DNA of 64,000 nt from Eledone cirrhosa (GCA_964016885.1 OZ024742.1:133920001-133984000), one strand, 5' to 3'. Numbered from the stretch's first letter, positions 25,745 through 38,145 are shown. Made by a program: numbers and translations. Notes: generated by a model not told the origin, from the sequence alone.

Positions 25745-28207
25745 TTAATTAGGTTTATAATATTTAAATGTTTTTTTTAGTTTATGATTACACGATATAA
25801 TTAATTCCTGTCGTTTATTTAATAAGATATCCTTAGACTTCATTATTTCAAATAGTTCTTGGGAACATAATCTGCATTCATTTCTATTATTTTGATAAGG
25901 GGTGGCTCTTTTGAGCACACTCCAGGTCAAATCATATTTTATATTCTTATTTTTATAACTATTGATTTTTTCTGCTAGAGATGTTGTATTAGCCAGTGCG
26001 GCATTTTTAAAACTATGCTTGTGGGTATTAAACCTTGTCTTAAAATTGTTAGAGGTAGCTCCTATATATGAGCAAATAGAATCTTTAGTTTTAACATTAC
26101 ATTTATAGACTATGTTGTTAACAAGACAATTCCCTTTTAATGGGCAGTTTGCTTTGTTTCTACAGTTACATCCTTTCGTTAATTCTGTATTTGAGGAGAT
26201 ATTATGGTTAATTTGATGTACTGGTGGTATACTTATGGTTTTCTTACATTTATATGCATTATATGCACTTATATTTTGTTTTATGTTATTTGTTGTAGAG
26301 TATGAGAATTTAACTGTAGACCTATTTAAGATTTGATGGTATTTGTGGTTTGGCGGGAAGTTTTTCTCAAGGATATAAAAAATTTTTTTAGCAATATTAT
26401 CCTTAACTTGTAAATTAAAAGGAGCATTATACCAAGTAACCCGTCTATTACGGTTTCTATGTTGTTTATTATTTTTATTATTTTTATAGGTTGTATCTTG
26501 ATTTTTACTAGGAGGATTAATGTTAATGATCTCACCACAACTATTTTTAGTTATATTTGTAGATTTAGGTGTTTTATCCTTTTTATTAGGAGTTTTATTA
26601 TTAATATTTATTAGAGTTGTATGATGAGTAGTTTTTTGAGAGTTACTATACTTTATATTAGAAGATTTGGTATTTTGGGGTATAGTGTGGGTGGCATTTA
26701 GGTGTGTACTTTTCATTTGGTGTTTGTTGGTAATATTATGTTGTATGCTTTCAGTATTTTTAGTAGAAGGTATATACTCTAATCTATTTTTGTGGCCACT
26801 TCTATCTAGAGCTTCGTTATAGAAGGTCGCATTTTTATCAAATACATCTTGGTTAGAAGAAAGGTTAGAAATTCTAAGTGATATATTATATGCAAGGTTT
26901 TTAAGGATAGATTTAGGGTGATTAGATTGTGAGTGTATGTAATGTAAGTTTTGGTTAGGTTTATGGTAAGGTTGGTAGATACCCGTAGCTAAATCTAAAG
27001 TTATATCTAGGAAATTTACTACTTTACTTGTTTTTTCAAAAGTAATATTAAGGTTATAATAGTCTTTAAGGAAAGTTCTAATATGTTTTTTGTTTTTTTC
27101 AATTTCTGAAAGGCTAAGGTTGTTAGAAAGAAGAAGACAGTCATCACGATATAAACCACCTTTGAGGTGGGGAAAAGAGGCATTTATGTTGAAAAGGAGA
27201 AAGAGGCCCACAAGATCAGTAATTTGGGCGGAATCGCTTGAACCCATAGTAATATCAAAAAGATTACTGTATGTGTTTCTGGTCCAGTATTCATTCTGAA
27301 ATTCAATAAGTGTTAGTCTAGCATGTGTAATAATGTTAATGTCATCCAAAGTTAAGTTAGATCTATTTTTAGCAAATATCAATGCTTTGTTCAGGAGTAT
27401 AGGTGATATAGAAGAATAGTAATTATCTATATCAAATTGTAGGAAAGAAGCAGAAGATTTACACCTAATATTTTTAAACCAGTTAATTACCTGGGAGGTG
27501 TTTTCCCAGAGTGGTAAAATAACGTGTTTTCTTATTTGTGGGATGACTCTATCTAAAATTTTTTTGCTAATTATTCCAATATCTGATTTGGAGGGACATA
27601 TAAGTCTAATAGAAGGATTTGAGTTAAAGTTAGATTTGTGATCTTTCAGGTTGAAGTGTGGTCTTTTCAATGCCAAAGGTTCAGTTCTATCTTCAATGTT
27701 TAGTTTTTTTACTATGTTGTGTGTTTTGTTGTTGATGTTGGTGAGTGACACATTATTAGATTTTTTATAATTTTTTCTGAGTTCTTTATATATGAACTCG
27801 TTATAATGTTCAATATCCATATGATACAAGTTACCAGTTTTGTCCGAGTGGACATGGATTTTTTTAGACTTTTTTAGGTCCAATAGGGTAGAATCAAGGT
27901 CCTTTTGAAAGACTGATTTATACTTTTTAAATTTGAGGTGTTTAATTAAATTAAAAAGGTCTTTCTCGAAGTCTTCAAGTAAAAAGTTGTGTGGTGGATT
28001 CTTGTAAGTATTGAAATCATACATATATTTCCGATCTGCTTGTTTAGATTTTCTATCGAAGTGGTAGGCTCTCCATCTAACCCTTCTGATAAAATTATTA
28101 GTTATCTGAATCATAAGGAGTAAGAAGTCATCCTTAGAAGGTATTGGTATGTTTTTTAAGGAGGTTCCTAAATATTGTTTTTCCATTGTGATATGGATGA
28201 TGGACAA
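25745..28207 (-). CDS. PLE polyprotein: reverse transcriptase plus C-terminal GIY-YIG endonuclease (820 aa, intact)
   Basis: SLKNIPIPS..FIRRVRWRA N-terminus. RT motifs SDKTGNLY, LKDHK..NPSIRLI, FDIDNYYSSI, TMGSSDSAQITDLVG, LYRDD, NFLDITLDL and SNHP. Linker CNCRNKANCPLKGNC. Endonuclease IVYKC..YIGAT..FKTRFNTH..CRLC..E..LLNKR. Confidence 0.95.
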   Translation of the reverse strand: MSIIHITMEKQYLGTSLKNIPIPSKDDFLLLMIQITNNFIRRVRWRAYHFDRKSKQADRKYMYDFNTYKNPPHNFLLEDFEKDLFNLIKHLKFKKYKSVFQKDLDSTLLDLKKSKKIHVHSDKTGNLYHMDIEHYNEFIYKELRKNYKKSNNVSLTNINNKTHNIVKKLNIEDRTEPLALKRPHFNLKDHKSNFNSNPSIRLICPSKSDIGIISKKILDRVIPQIRKHVILPLWENTSQVINWFKNIRCKSSASFLQFDIDNYYSSISPILLNKALIFAKNRSNLTLDDINIITHARLTLIEFQNEYWTRNTYSNLFDITMGSSDSAQITDLVGLFLLFNINASFPHLKGGLYRDDCLLLSNNLSLSEIEKNKKHIRTFLKDYYNLNITFEKTSKVVNFLDITLDLATGIYQPYHKPNQNLHYIHSQSNHPKSILKNLAYNISLRISNLSSNQDVFDKNATFYNEALDRSGHKNRLEYIPSTKNTESIQHNITNKHQMKSTHLNATHTIPQNTKSSNIKYSNSQKTTHHTTLININNKTPNKKDKTPKSTNITKNSCGEIININPPSKNQDTTYKNNKNNKQHRNRNRRVTWYNAPFNLQVKDNIAKKIFYILEKNFPPNHKYHQILNRSTVKFSYSTTNNIKQNISAYNAYKCKKTISIPPVHQINHNISSNTELTKGCNCRNKANCPLKGNCLVNNIVYKCNVKTKDSICSYIGATSNNFKTRFNTHKHSFKNAALANTTSLAEKINSYKNKNIKYDLTWSVLKRATPYQNNRNECRLCSQELFEIMKSKDILLNKRQELIISCNHKLKKTFKYYKPN

Positions 28208-28340
28208 TTGAAAGAGCTCAACTAAATGTATATGGGTTTACAAAATCATACATATATATATGTATATACATAAATATAAAATTAATACACACATACAGTA
28301 CAAAAATACGAATATTTCCGTGAAAATAGGAGCAAAATTA

Positions 28341-28935
28341 TGTAGATAAATCTACCAAGAGTTTACGGTAGTGTCCAATCCGTATGAAGAACTCAATGTA
28401 TTTCGGATATCATGGAAAGAAGAGATGTAATGAAAAACCACTTTCGGTGAAAGATAAACGGTATACAGAGTCAAGATAAAATATTAAACAAATAATGAAT
28501 AAACAATTCCTTATATTAAACAAAAAAAGTTCATTATTTAACGATCGTTTCTAGGATATATATGTGTTAGAATTGGTATGCATATTCAACAGATCTATGT
28601 ACAAAATTATACAAAATTATACAAATTATCAAGATTAAATATACATACCAAACACATATATACGCCGTCTTCAGAAATAATGAAGTATATTTATTGATAA
28701 TAACAACAATTCAAAATTTCAGGTCCGTTTGGGAACGAAATTGACCAATGAAAACACAAAGGGTTAAATGCAGTTCGGTGTGTGTATATACATGTAAAAC
28801 CCTTACACATATTTTACAAAAATGTATGTATAATTTGTATAAGCATACTAAAAGGATGGATGCAAATACAAAATTTCAAGGTTAATGTCTCTGTAGGTTT
28901 ATAATGCGCAGATAAGATGCGTATTGACACTTATG
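28341..28935 (-). repeat. 5' pseudo-LTR (pLTR) of PLE family 1 including the 135-nt tail segment
   Basis: 28476-28935 repeats 21424-21883, and 28341-28935 is the reverse complement of about 34195-34789. Confidence 0.9.
28530..28684 (-). ncRNA. Type I hammerhead ribozyme with long stem II (5' pLTR copy, ~330 nt upstream of the ORF ATG)
   Basis: Same motif as 21478-21632. Confidence 0.7.
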
Positions 28936-28946
28936 CGTATTGACAC

Positions 28947-30219
28947 AAATTTCCTAGATATAACTTTAGATTTAGCTACGGGTATCTACCAACCTTACCA
29001 TAAACCTAACCAAAACTTACATTACATACACTCACAATCTAATCACCCTAAATCTATCCTTAAAAACCTTGCATATAATATATCACTTAGAATTTCTAAC
29101 CTTTCTTCTAACCAAGATGTATTTGATAAAAATGCGACCTTCTATAACGAAGCTCTAGATAGAAGTGGCCACAAAAATAGATTAGAGTATATACCTTCTA
29201 CTAAAAATACTGAAAGCATACAACATAATATTACCAACAAACACCAAATGAAAAGTACACACCTAAATGCCACCCACACTATACCCCAAAATACCAAATC
29301 TTCTAATATAAAGTATAGTAACTCTCAAAAAACTACTCATCATACAACTCTAATAAATATTAATAATAAAACTCCTAATAAAAAGGATAAAACACCTAAA
29401 TCTACAAATATAACTAAAAATAGTTGTGGTGAGATCATTAACATTAATCCTCCTAGTAAAAATCAAGATACAACCTATAAAAATAATAAAAATAATAAAC
29501 AACATAGAAACCGTAATAGACGGGTTACTTGGTATAATGCTCCTTTTAATTTACAAGTTAAGGATAATATTGCTAAAAAATTTTTTTATATCCTTGAGAA
29601 AAACTTCCCGCCAAACCACAAATACCATCAAATCTTAAATAGGTCTACAGTTAAATTCTCATACTCTACAACAAATAACATAAAACAAAATATAAGTGCA
29701 TATAATGCATATAAATGTAAGAAAACCATAAGTATACCACCAGTACATCAAATTAACCATAATATCTCCTCAAATACAGAATTAACGAAAGGATGTAACT
29801 GTAGAAACAAAGCAAACTGCCCATTAAAAGGGAATTGTCTTGTTAACAACATAGTCTATAAATGTAATGTTAAAACTAAAGATTCTATTTGCTCATATAT
29901 AGGAGCTACCTCTAACAATTTTAAGACAAGGTTTAATACCCACAAGCATAGTTTTAAAAATGCCGCACTGGCTAATACAACATCTCTAGCAGAAAAAATC
30001 AATAGTTATAAAAATAAGAATATAAAATATGATTTGACCTGGAGTGTGCTCAAAAGAGCCACCCCTTATCAAAATAATAGAAATGAATGCAGATTATGTT
30101 CCCAAGAACTATTTGAAATAATGAAGTCTAAGGATATCTTATTAAATAAACGACAGGAATTAATTATATCGTGTAATCATAAACTAAAAAAAACATTTAA
30201 ATATTATAAACCTAATTAA
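28947..30219 (+). pseudogene. 5'-truncated inverted copy of the PLE ORF (RT thumb plus GIY-YIG)
   Basis: Translation from NFLDITLDL matches the C-terminal half of the 820-aa ORF apart from KKIFY/KKFFY. Confidence 0.93.
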
Positions 30220-31889
30220 TAACATTATTTTAGAAATTAATTTAGTTTATATGTTGGTTAACCTATAAATTTAATTTAATTAAAATTTCATTACAGATGA
30301 GAATATAAAATATTATGTAATCATAAATTGTGAAAAACCTTTAAATATTACTAATATATACTTAGTAATTTAATTTATAGATTAATTTTAATTTATTTAA
30401 ACCTTTTATTATAATTCTTTTACAGATAAAATATAACAAAATAATATCGTGTATCCAATGACAGAGAAATAATTTTTAGTATTATAGACCTAATTAATAT
30501 ACATTTTAGAAATATATTTATAATTGGGTTTAGTTTTAATCAACCTAAAAATTTAATTTTAATTTGCTTAAAATTAGTATCCTTATACAGACGAATTGCA
30601 GAATATCATGTAATCATAGAATGGGATGTGTTTTGGATATATACCTAGTTAATATATTCTATGCAATTTTTTGAAAAAATATGTATATGTATATGTGTAT
30701 GTGTATGTGTGTGTGTATGTATATGTGTATATGTGTATATATATATATATATGTGTGTATATATATGTATATGTGTATGTGTATGTATATGTATATGTTT
30801 ATGTATGCGTATTAATTTTGATTTCTATTTGCATATTATTATATTATGCTATTGATGAAATACAATATCTGCTTTATGTATTGTATACCTAATTAACATA
30901 TACTATAGAAATAAACATATAATTTTTAATTTAGTTAACATATAATTTATATTCTACTACCGATGTAATACTTTATTTTATTTTATTTTTTTTTTTTTTT
31001 CCCTATTACTAAATTCATTTCCTAATATTGATACCATAACGTTATTAACTTTAATTTAGTTATACTGTAATTAATACTCTACTACTATTTAACTTCAAAA
31101 TTCTGCTTCAAATATTATAAACCTAACTAATTTACACCTTAGAAATCAATATGTTAACTATCTTTGGTTTAGTTAACATATGATTAATGGTATACTTGTT
31201 TATTTTGAGATGCATAGATTTTGCCTTAGTTTTTGTTTGTTGTATTTCCTAACACTGAAAATATGTAAAAACATACATTGGATAAAGATACGGAAAATAT
31301 TCTATGTTTCTTGAAACATATATTTACTTTGATCCCCTTCTCCAAACCCCCCCTTTCCCCCATACTATTATCATCTGTATTTGTAAGCGTCTATGTATGA
31401 ATATATATGTAGGTAGGTGTCTATATAGGTTTGGGTATTTATATCTAAATATAAAAATACATATATGCGCATGCAAATATGAATGTAAGATTGTGTGTGT
31501 ATATATGAGTGTGTGTATGTATGTATATATGTGTATATATGCATGTATATATGTATGTGTATGTGAATGTGTGTACGTATATGTGTATGTATGTGTATAT
31601 ATGTGTATGTATGTCTATATATGTATATATAGGAATATATATATATATATGTATATATATATGTATATGTATATGCGTGTGTATGTATGTGTGTGTATGT
31701 GTGTTGTGTATATATATGTATGTCTCTCTATTTATATGTCTATCTTCGTATCTATGTGATATATGTGTGTGTATGTACATGTATGCACATATATGTGTTT
31801 ATGTGTATATATGTGTATGTGTGTATATATGTGTGTGTGCACACACACATATATATATGTGAGTGTGTATATGTGTCTGTGTATATGTA

Positions 31890-31941
<52 letters not shown>

Positions 31942-32327
31942 TGTCTATGTGTGAATATATGTCTATATTCGTATGTGTGTATATATGTATGTATATGTTT
32001 ATATGTATATATGTATATATGTGTATGTATGTATATATATATATATGTATATATATACATATATATTATTTTTTATTATTATAATATAACTTATGTGTAT
32101 GTGTGTATAAGCGAGGTTGTGTATGTGTATATAATATGTGTATATATAAGTGTAAAAAAATATATATATATGTGCATGTCTGTTTTTTATGTGTGTGTAT
32201 ATATATATATATATATATACGTGTGTATATATATGTATATGTGGGTGTTTGTATGTGTATTTATGGTGGTATGAGTGTGTGGGTATCTATGTGTATATAT
32301 ATATATATATGTATGAGTGTATGTGTG

Positions 32328-32367
<40 letters not shown>

Positions 32368-32740
32368 TGTATATGTATGTGTGTATATATATATCTCTAT
32401 TAATGTGTGTGTGTATGTATATACATATGCCTTTTTATTATTATTTTTATTTGTATGTCTGAGTTAGGTGAGGTTGTAGTGGTTTTTTATGTATATACGC
32501 ATATATGGATGCGTATGTATTTGTATATATGAGTATAAGTAAGTGCATATGTATGTATGATTATATATCTAATTCTATGTATGAATATACATGTATATAT
32601 ATGTGTGTATGTAAGTTGTGTGTGTATGTATGTATATGTCTATGTGTGTATATATATATATATATGTATATCGATGTACGTATATGTATGTACATGTATG
32701 TCTATGTATGTGTGTATGTATGTGTATGTATATTTAGGTG

Positions 32741-32793
<53 letters not shown>

Positions 32794-33097
32794 ATATATA
32801 TATGTATATATCTTTATTATTTATTTTTTTATATATATGTGTATGTGTGTATGTGTTGCGTGTGTGTGTGTGTGTGTATATATATCTTTATATATGTGTA
32901 TGTGTATGTTCGTGTAGGTGTATGTGTGTGTATGACTTTATATGTATGTGTGTATGTGTGTATGCGTAAATATTTCTATGTGTGTGTACATGTATGTATG
33001 TGTATATATCTGTATGTGTGTGTATGTGTATTTGTATGTATATGTATATATATATATATGTATATATATATGTTATATATATATATGTATATGTATA

Positions 33098-33132
<35 letters not shown>

Positions 33133-33466
33133 CTATATGTTTTTCTATTTGTATATGTATGTGTGTATAGGTATATACCTTTCTCTTTGTATTTCTAAGT
33201 TGTGTGATAGTGTAGTGGTGTTTGTATGTATATACCGATATATAGATGCGTAAATATTTGTCTGTATGTATATATGTAAGTCTGTATATATTTGTGTGTA
33301 TATATAGCTATGTATGTGTATATCTGTATGTATATTAGTATGTAAGTGTTGTATATGTGTATGTATGTGTGTGGTTATATATATCTGTGTCTATATAGTA
33401 TGTGTGATTATATGTATATGTGTGTGTATATGTACGTGTATGTACACATATGTATGTATATATATG

Positions 33467-33501
<35 letters not shown>

Positions 33502-33697
33502 GTATGTGTATTTGTATGTATATGCGTATATGTATGTATGTGTGTATATGTATATGTTTATATATGTGTGTGTATGTATGTTCTTAGTGTGGATGTGTGT
33601 ATATGTATGTATGTGTTTATATATGTGTGTATATTTATGTATGGATGTGTGTGTGTCTATGTGTATATATATGTATGTTTTTATATATATATATATA

Positions 33698-33744
<47 letters not shown>

Positions 33745-34445
33745 ATATATGTGTATATATATATATTTATTTTCTTGATATATTTCTTTTTTCTTTTTTC
33801 TTTTTTCTTTTTTCTGTTTTTCTTTCTACTCTTTCCTCTTTAATGTTTTATTTATTATATTTTATTTTTTTATTTTTTTATTTTTTTATTTTTCTTAGTT
33901 TATGGATACATTTATATTAGGCAGTTTGCTCAGACCGTTGAATACTGACCCCTCCCCCCCCCCCCTCCCACCTAATTTCTGTATCTTGATCTAAAAGTGT
34001 GTGTGCCAATGTTTTATGTGAGTGAATTAATATCCATGTGCTTATGATTTTATATCCACATATATAAATGTGAGTGGGGGTGTGTGTGTGTTTGTATGTT
34101 CGTGGTTATGTGTATATTTATGCATATACGCGCGTTTATGTGTGATTATACGGATATGTGTGAGTATGAAAAAATATATTTATATACTTAACTTCATAAG
34201 TGTCAATACGCATCTTATCTGCGCATTATAAACCTACAGAGACATTAACCTTGAAATTTTGTATTTGCATCCATCCTTTTAGTATGCGTATACAAATTAT
34301 ACATACATTTTTGTAAAATATGTGTAAGGGTTTTACATGTATATACACACACCGAACTGCATTTAACCCTTTGTGTTTTCATTGGTCAATTTCGTTCCCA
34401 AACGGACCTGAAATTTTGAATTGTTGTTATTATCAATAAATATAC

Positions 34446-34600
34446 TTCATTATTTCTGAAGACGGCGTATATATGTGTTTGGTATGTATATTTAATCTTG
34501 ATAATTTGTATAATTTTGTATAATTTTGTACATAGATCTGTTGAATATGCATACCAATTCTAACACATATATATCCTAGAAACGATCGTTAAATAATGAA
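34446..34600 (+). ncRNA. Type I hammerhead ribozyme with 116-nt stem II (inverted-arm pLTR)
   Basis: Stem I ttcattattt/aaataatgaa (10 bp perfect). CTGAAGA at 34456-62. Stem II helices tatatatgtgtt/aacacatatata and tggtatgtatatt/aatatgcatacca. GAAA at 34579-82. Palindromic stem III AACGATCGTT. GUU site after 34590. Confidence 0.72.
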
Positions 34601-34785
34601 CTTTTTTTGTTTAATATAAGGAATTGTTTATTCATTATTTGTTTAATATTTTATCTTGACTCTGTATACCGTTTATCTTTCACCGAAAGTGGTTTTTCAT
34701 TACATCTCTTCTTTCCATGATATCCGAAATACATTGAGTTCTTCATACGGATTGGACACTACCGTAAACTCTTGGTAGATTTATC

Positions 34786-34829
<44 letters not shown>

Positions 34830-34831
<2 letters not shown>

Positions 34832-36065
34832 GACGTGGTTACACAACAGCTAGTTCGCCATACCGAGAACAATTGTTTCCCCTTAGCGGAATTCCACCTC
34901 GTAATGGACCTGGTTATACGGAACAGGAAGGACAGCCGTGCGAACGGGCATGCGCAGAAATGATCACTTCACACAGGCAATACTAAATTCCGAGCGAGAG
35001 GTGTAAGGGAGATAACTGCGAAAGTCCGAAAGTTTGTAGTTGATAAGAAAATTAGGATGTTGTTGTAATTCAATCCGGAGATTTGTAGTTATGTAAGAGG
35101 TGTTTCCAGACGTGTGGACAATGTGTGAAGAATGTAATATTTGAGTTTAAGCAATGAATATTGGGTAATCTCTTTAGAAATTTATTTGTTCACAAATACA
35201 TAGTCCACACGACGGATTGTCCCTTGCGTATGGCTTGGACTTAGTGATGGTTTTCTATTGAATGGAGTAGTCTATACTTGAGTCCTTGAGGGACTATACG
35301 TGGCTCACGAGTTTCGTGGATGAACGTCTGTCCGAGTACCTAAAGGTCGACTGGTGGTTCAGGAAGCGTTCCTTAAATCGGCCCTCCGCCATACCCACAT
35401 AGGATTTGACCTCCTGTAGTTGATTTGGTCTGTTGGCAATGACCACAGCTTCACACACTACAGCGAGTGTGTTGCATTGCTGTTTCAGGGGACAGGCTTC
35501 GGGCTAACAGCAAGATCACCCTGGTGAGGTGTTGCTCTTAGGGCTGTTGGGGATGTGGGACTTCATGTTCTTAGCGCAGGAGTATCCTAATTTTACTTTG
35601 TGTCGGTTAAAGATGGAGCGGTATTTATGATCTAAGGGAAAGTACCTATCCAAGAGGGATAGACATTGTTTGCCTACATTGGTTTTAACGTTGAGTGAGA
35701 AGGGAGGAGAGAGAGCCATATATTTTTTCTAATGTTACGCATTCTTTTCTTATTGCTGCTGTTGTTAGTGGGAGAGTAAGTGATAGGTTGCGGGAAGCCG
35801 CTGTTGGCTAACGCCGTGTTATAGTAGGGTGCCGCTCTGTCAAAGATAGCCTTATTAGAGGAGAGGTTTGCGATTCTAGTACTGATATTTTATTTATGAA
35901 TTAGTGGTCACTTCCAGTCGACCAAATCATCCACAGGAGATCAAATCCTATGTGGGTATGGCCGAGAGCCGATTTAAGGAACGGTTCCTGAACCACCAGT
36001 CGAACACGAAAGTCGCGAGCCACGTATGGTCTCTGAAGGACTCAAGTATATACTACTCCAAACAT
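34830..36065 (-). mobile_element. PLE family 3 (Hydra-type) 3' portion, with an inverted endonuclease segment at 35904-36065
   Basis: Minus PPFSLNVKTNVGKQCL..FPLDHKYRSIFNRHKVKLGYSC, CPLKQQC, SYVGMAEGRFKERFLNH and CGLC. Plus-strand duplicate SYVGMAESRFKERFLNH. The 3' end abuts (TA)n. Confidence 0.85.
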
Positions 36066-38145
36066 TCACAAGATATCAGTGAGCCGGTTTAAGAAGTTAT
36101 CGCCAGCATACTTGAAAATCTCGGCACACAGTCCATTCATTCCAGGTAACTTTCCGCTATTTAATTTGGCAATGGGCTTCGCCACCTCATCAGATGAAGG
36201 AGGATCAGGCATTGCCAGCTTTGTAGGTCTGGATGGAATCGACCGGAAGAACTCATCATCAATTTCTACTGGCCTGTTGAGAAGCTCATCAAAGTGGTCA
36301 TGCCACCTGATCAGGATTTCCTTCGGATCTCTGAGCAATTCCTTGCCGTCCCCGGAGCGAAGTGGTGATATTTGTGAACCGGTCGGACCATACACCTCCC
36401 TGAGCAGATTGTATAGGAGCTTTGTATCATGTCTATCTGAGGCCTTATTTATGTAATCAGCCTTTTGGCTCCACCAGGTATCCTGCATGGCTCTCAATCG
36501 ATGTGGCACACGTGCCTTGATCTGCCTGAAGGTCCGGTCACTCCTGTCAGGACGTGTCTCACACAACAATGTCAGCACTTTTTGTTACTCTTCAAGCAAG
36601 GCCTGGATCACTGGATCATTTTCATCGAACCAGTCTTTATGCTTTCTATTGGCATGACCCAAAACTCCAGCACTAACATCATAGACGGCTTTCTTCATTA
36701 TTCCCAAATGTTTTCACATTCCATAGACTCAAGGGACCTCGACAGCCCAGCTGCTCTGACTTTCTCTGTTTTCAGACGAACCACGTTTAGTTGTTTTGGA
36801 AGTTCAACCTTCTTCCCCGTTAATTTGGGCTTCACAACAAATTGAAACCTGGCACGCACCAGACGATTATCTGTCCAACATTCCGCGGCTCGCAATACAC
36901 GAACCAATGTGATATGCCTGATATCACGTTTTCTCGTTAAAACGAAGTCAATAAGGTACCATTTCTTGGAACCTGGATGCATTCAAGTTGTCTTATATTT
37001 GTCTTTCTACTGAAAGAGCGTGTTCCCAACAACAAGATCCATCTCAGTGCACACCTGCAACAGAAGTAGGCTATTGTTATTGCACTTACCGACTCCATGC
37101 CTGCCCATCATACTCCAAGCTTCCCAGTCATTACCAACACGTGCATTAAAATCACCAAAGATGACAATCTTGTCTGCATAAAATATACCATGGATGACCT
37201 CTCTCAAAGACATTTAGAAAGTTAGTTGTTCATCATCACTAGCACACATAGTAGTAGCGTACACACTGACCATAATCACAAAGCGGATTTGAATCAGAGG
37301 GAATCTCATGGACATTATCCGATCATTGAATCCACAAGGAAGATTTTGCAGCTTTGAGATGATTTCATTCCTGACTGCAAATGCGACCCCTGCCTCTCTC
37401 CTACAACCCCCTGCTCCACCACTCTGTTCTGTGAATTGACCCTCACCTGCTAATCTCGTTTCTGAGAGAGCAACGATGTCCATGCAATAGCGATCGAATT
37501 CCCTCGACACCAAAGCAGATCTACTTTCAGGGCGAGGTTTACATCCAATATTCAGAGGTTTGAACCTCTTTGCAGTTGTAGGATGACGACCGACCAGACC
37601 CCTTGACAATAAGTTCCAGAGTCCTTACTGCCATTGACTTTAAGTTAATAATCTGTCATCATAGAGTTTGGTGCACTTTTAGGCTACGGCCAGCCACACG
37701 AACCTGTAACAGATCCTGAACAAGCGCTTCCTGTGCTTTGAAGGTTTTTTTAAGTGGGGAAAGGATTTGCACGTGAACGATCCCACTCTCTGAGTATCAA
37801 AAACACTACCCGTAAAGGAGAAAGGGTCAACTTCATCGGTTTTTTCGGAAGCCGCAGTTTTTTTAGAGAGTTTCCCTCGCTTAGAAGGGTGTTGTGACAA
37901 AAGCAGGGGGCCCTTCACTCCCAGGTAAAAAAAAATAAAAGTACTATTTGGATAGCCGTTGACTCTGTGGAGTTCCTCCGCCCTTTGCCAGGTTTTGTAT
38001 TTCATCCCGCAGGGTGTCCATATATCACCCACCTCACCAAGCAAGCTTGGTAGGGGTCGCCTGTTTAGTCGCCGACGACCCGACCATGAGACAGGTAGTA
38101 CTGGGTTACATGATACCAGTAGCACTCGAGAGAAAACTAACATAC
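36066..38145 (-). mobile_element. RTE-clade LINE (5' UTR, APE, start of RT), 3'-truncated and decayed
   Basis: DIVALSETRLAGEGQ, GVAFAVRN, IFGDFNARVG, MHPGSKKWYLIDFVL, AECWTDNRLV, LREVYGP and SGKLPGMNGL. Confidence 0.9.

Larger units (their letters stand above)
21424..34789. mobile_element. Young Penelope-like element, family 1 (Hydra-type): 7.5 kb minus-strand unit plus a 5.8 kb inverted partial copy, inserted in (TA)n
   Basis: Intact ORF. Direct repeat 21424-21883 = 28476-28935 (pLTR, period 7052 nt). Inverted arms 21424-27017 and 28947-34654. (TA)n on both flanks. Confidence 0.93.

Noticed and set aside
28924-28946. Apparent start of a 431-aa GIY-YIG-only gene
   Set aside because: The N-terminal residues come from the inversion junction. 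It is a truncated copy with no evidence of independent expression.
34850-34990. Possible ribozyme at the 3' end of PLE family 3 (GAAACAATTGTT palindrome; ggcgaa)
   Set aside because: Could not assemble a complete hammerhead or HDV-like fold by eye.
38040-38130. Possible HDV-like ribozyme in the RTE 5' UTR (gg-tcg/cga-ctaa-acagg)
   Set aside because: P1/P3/L3 elements could not be placed. It needs a covariance-model search.
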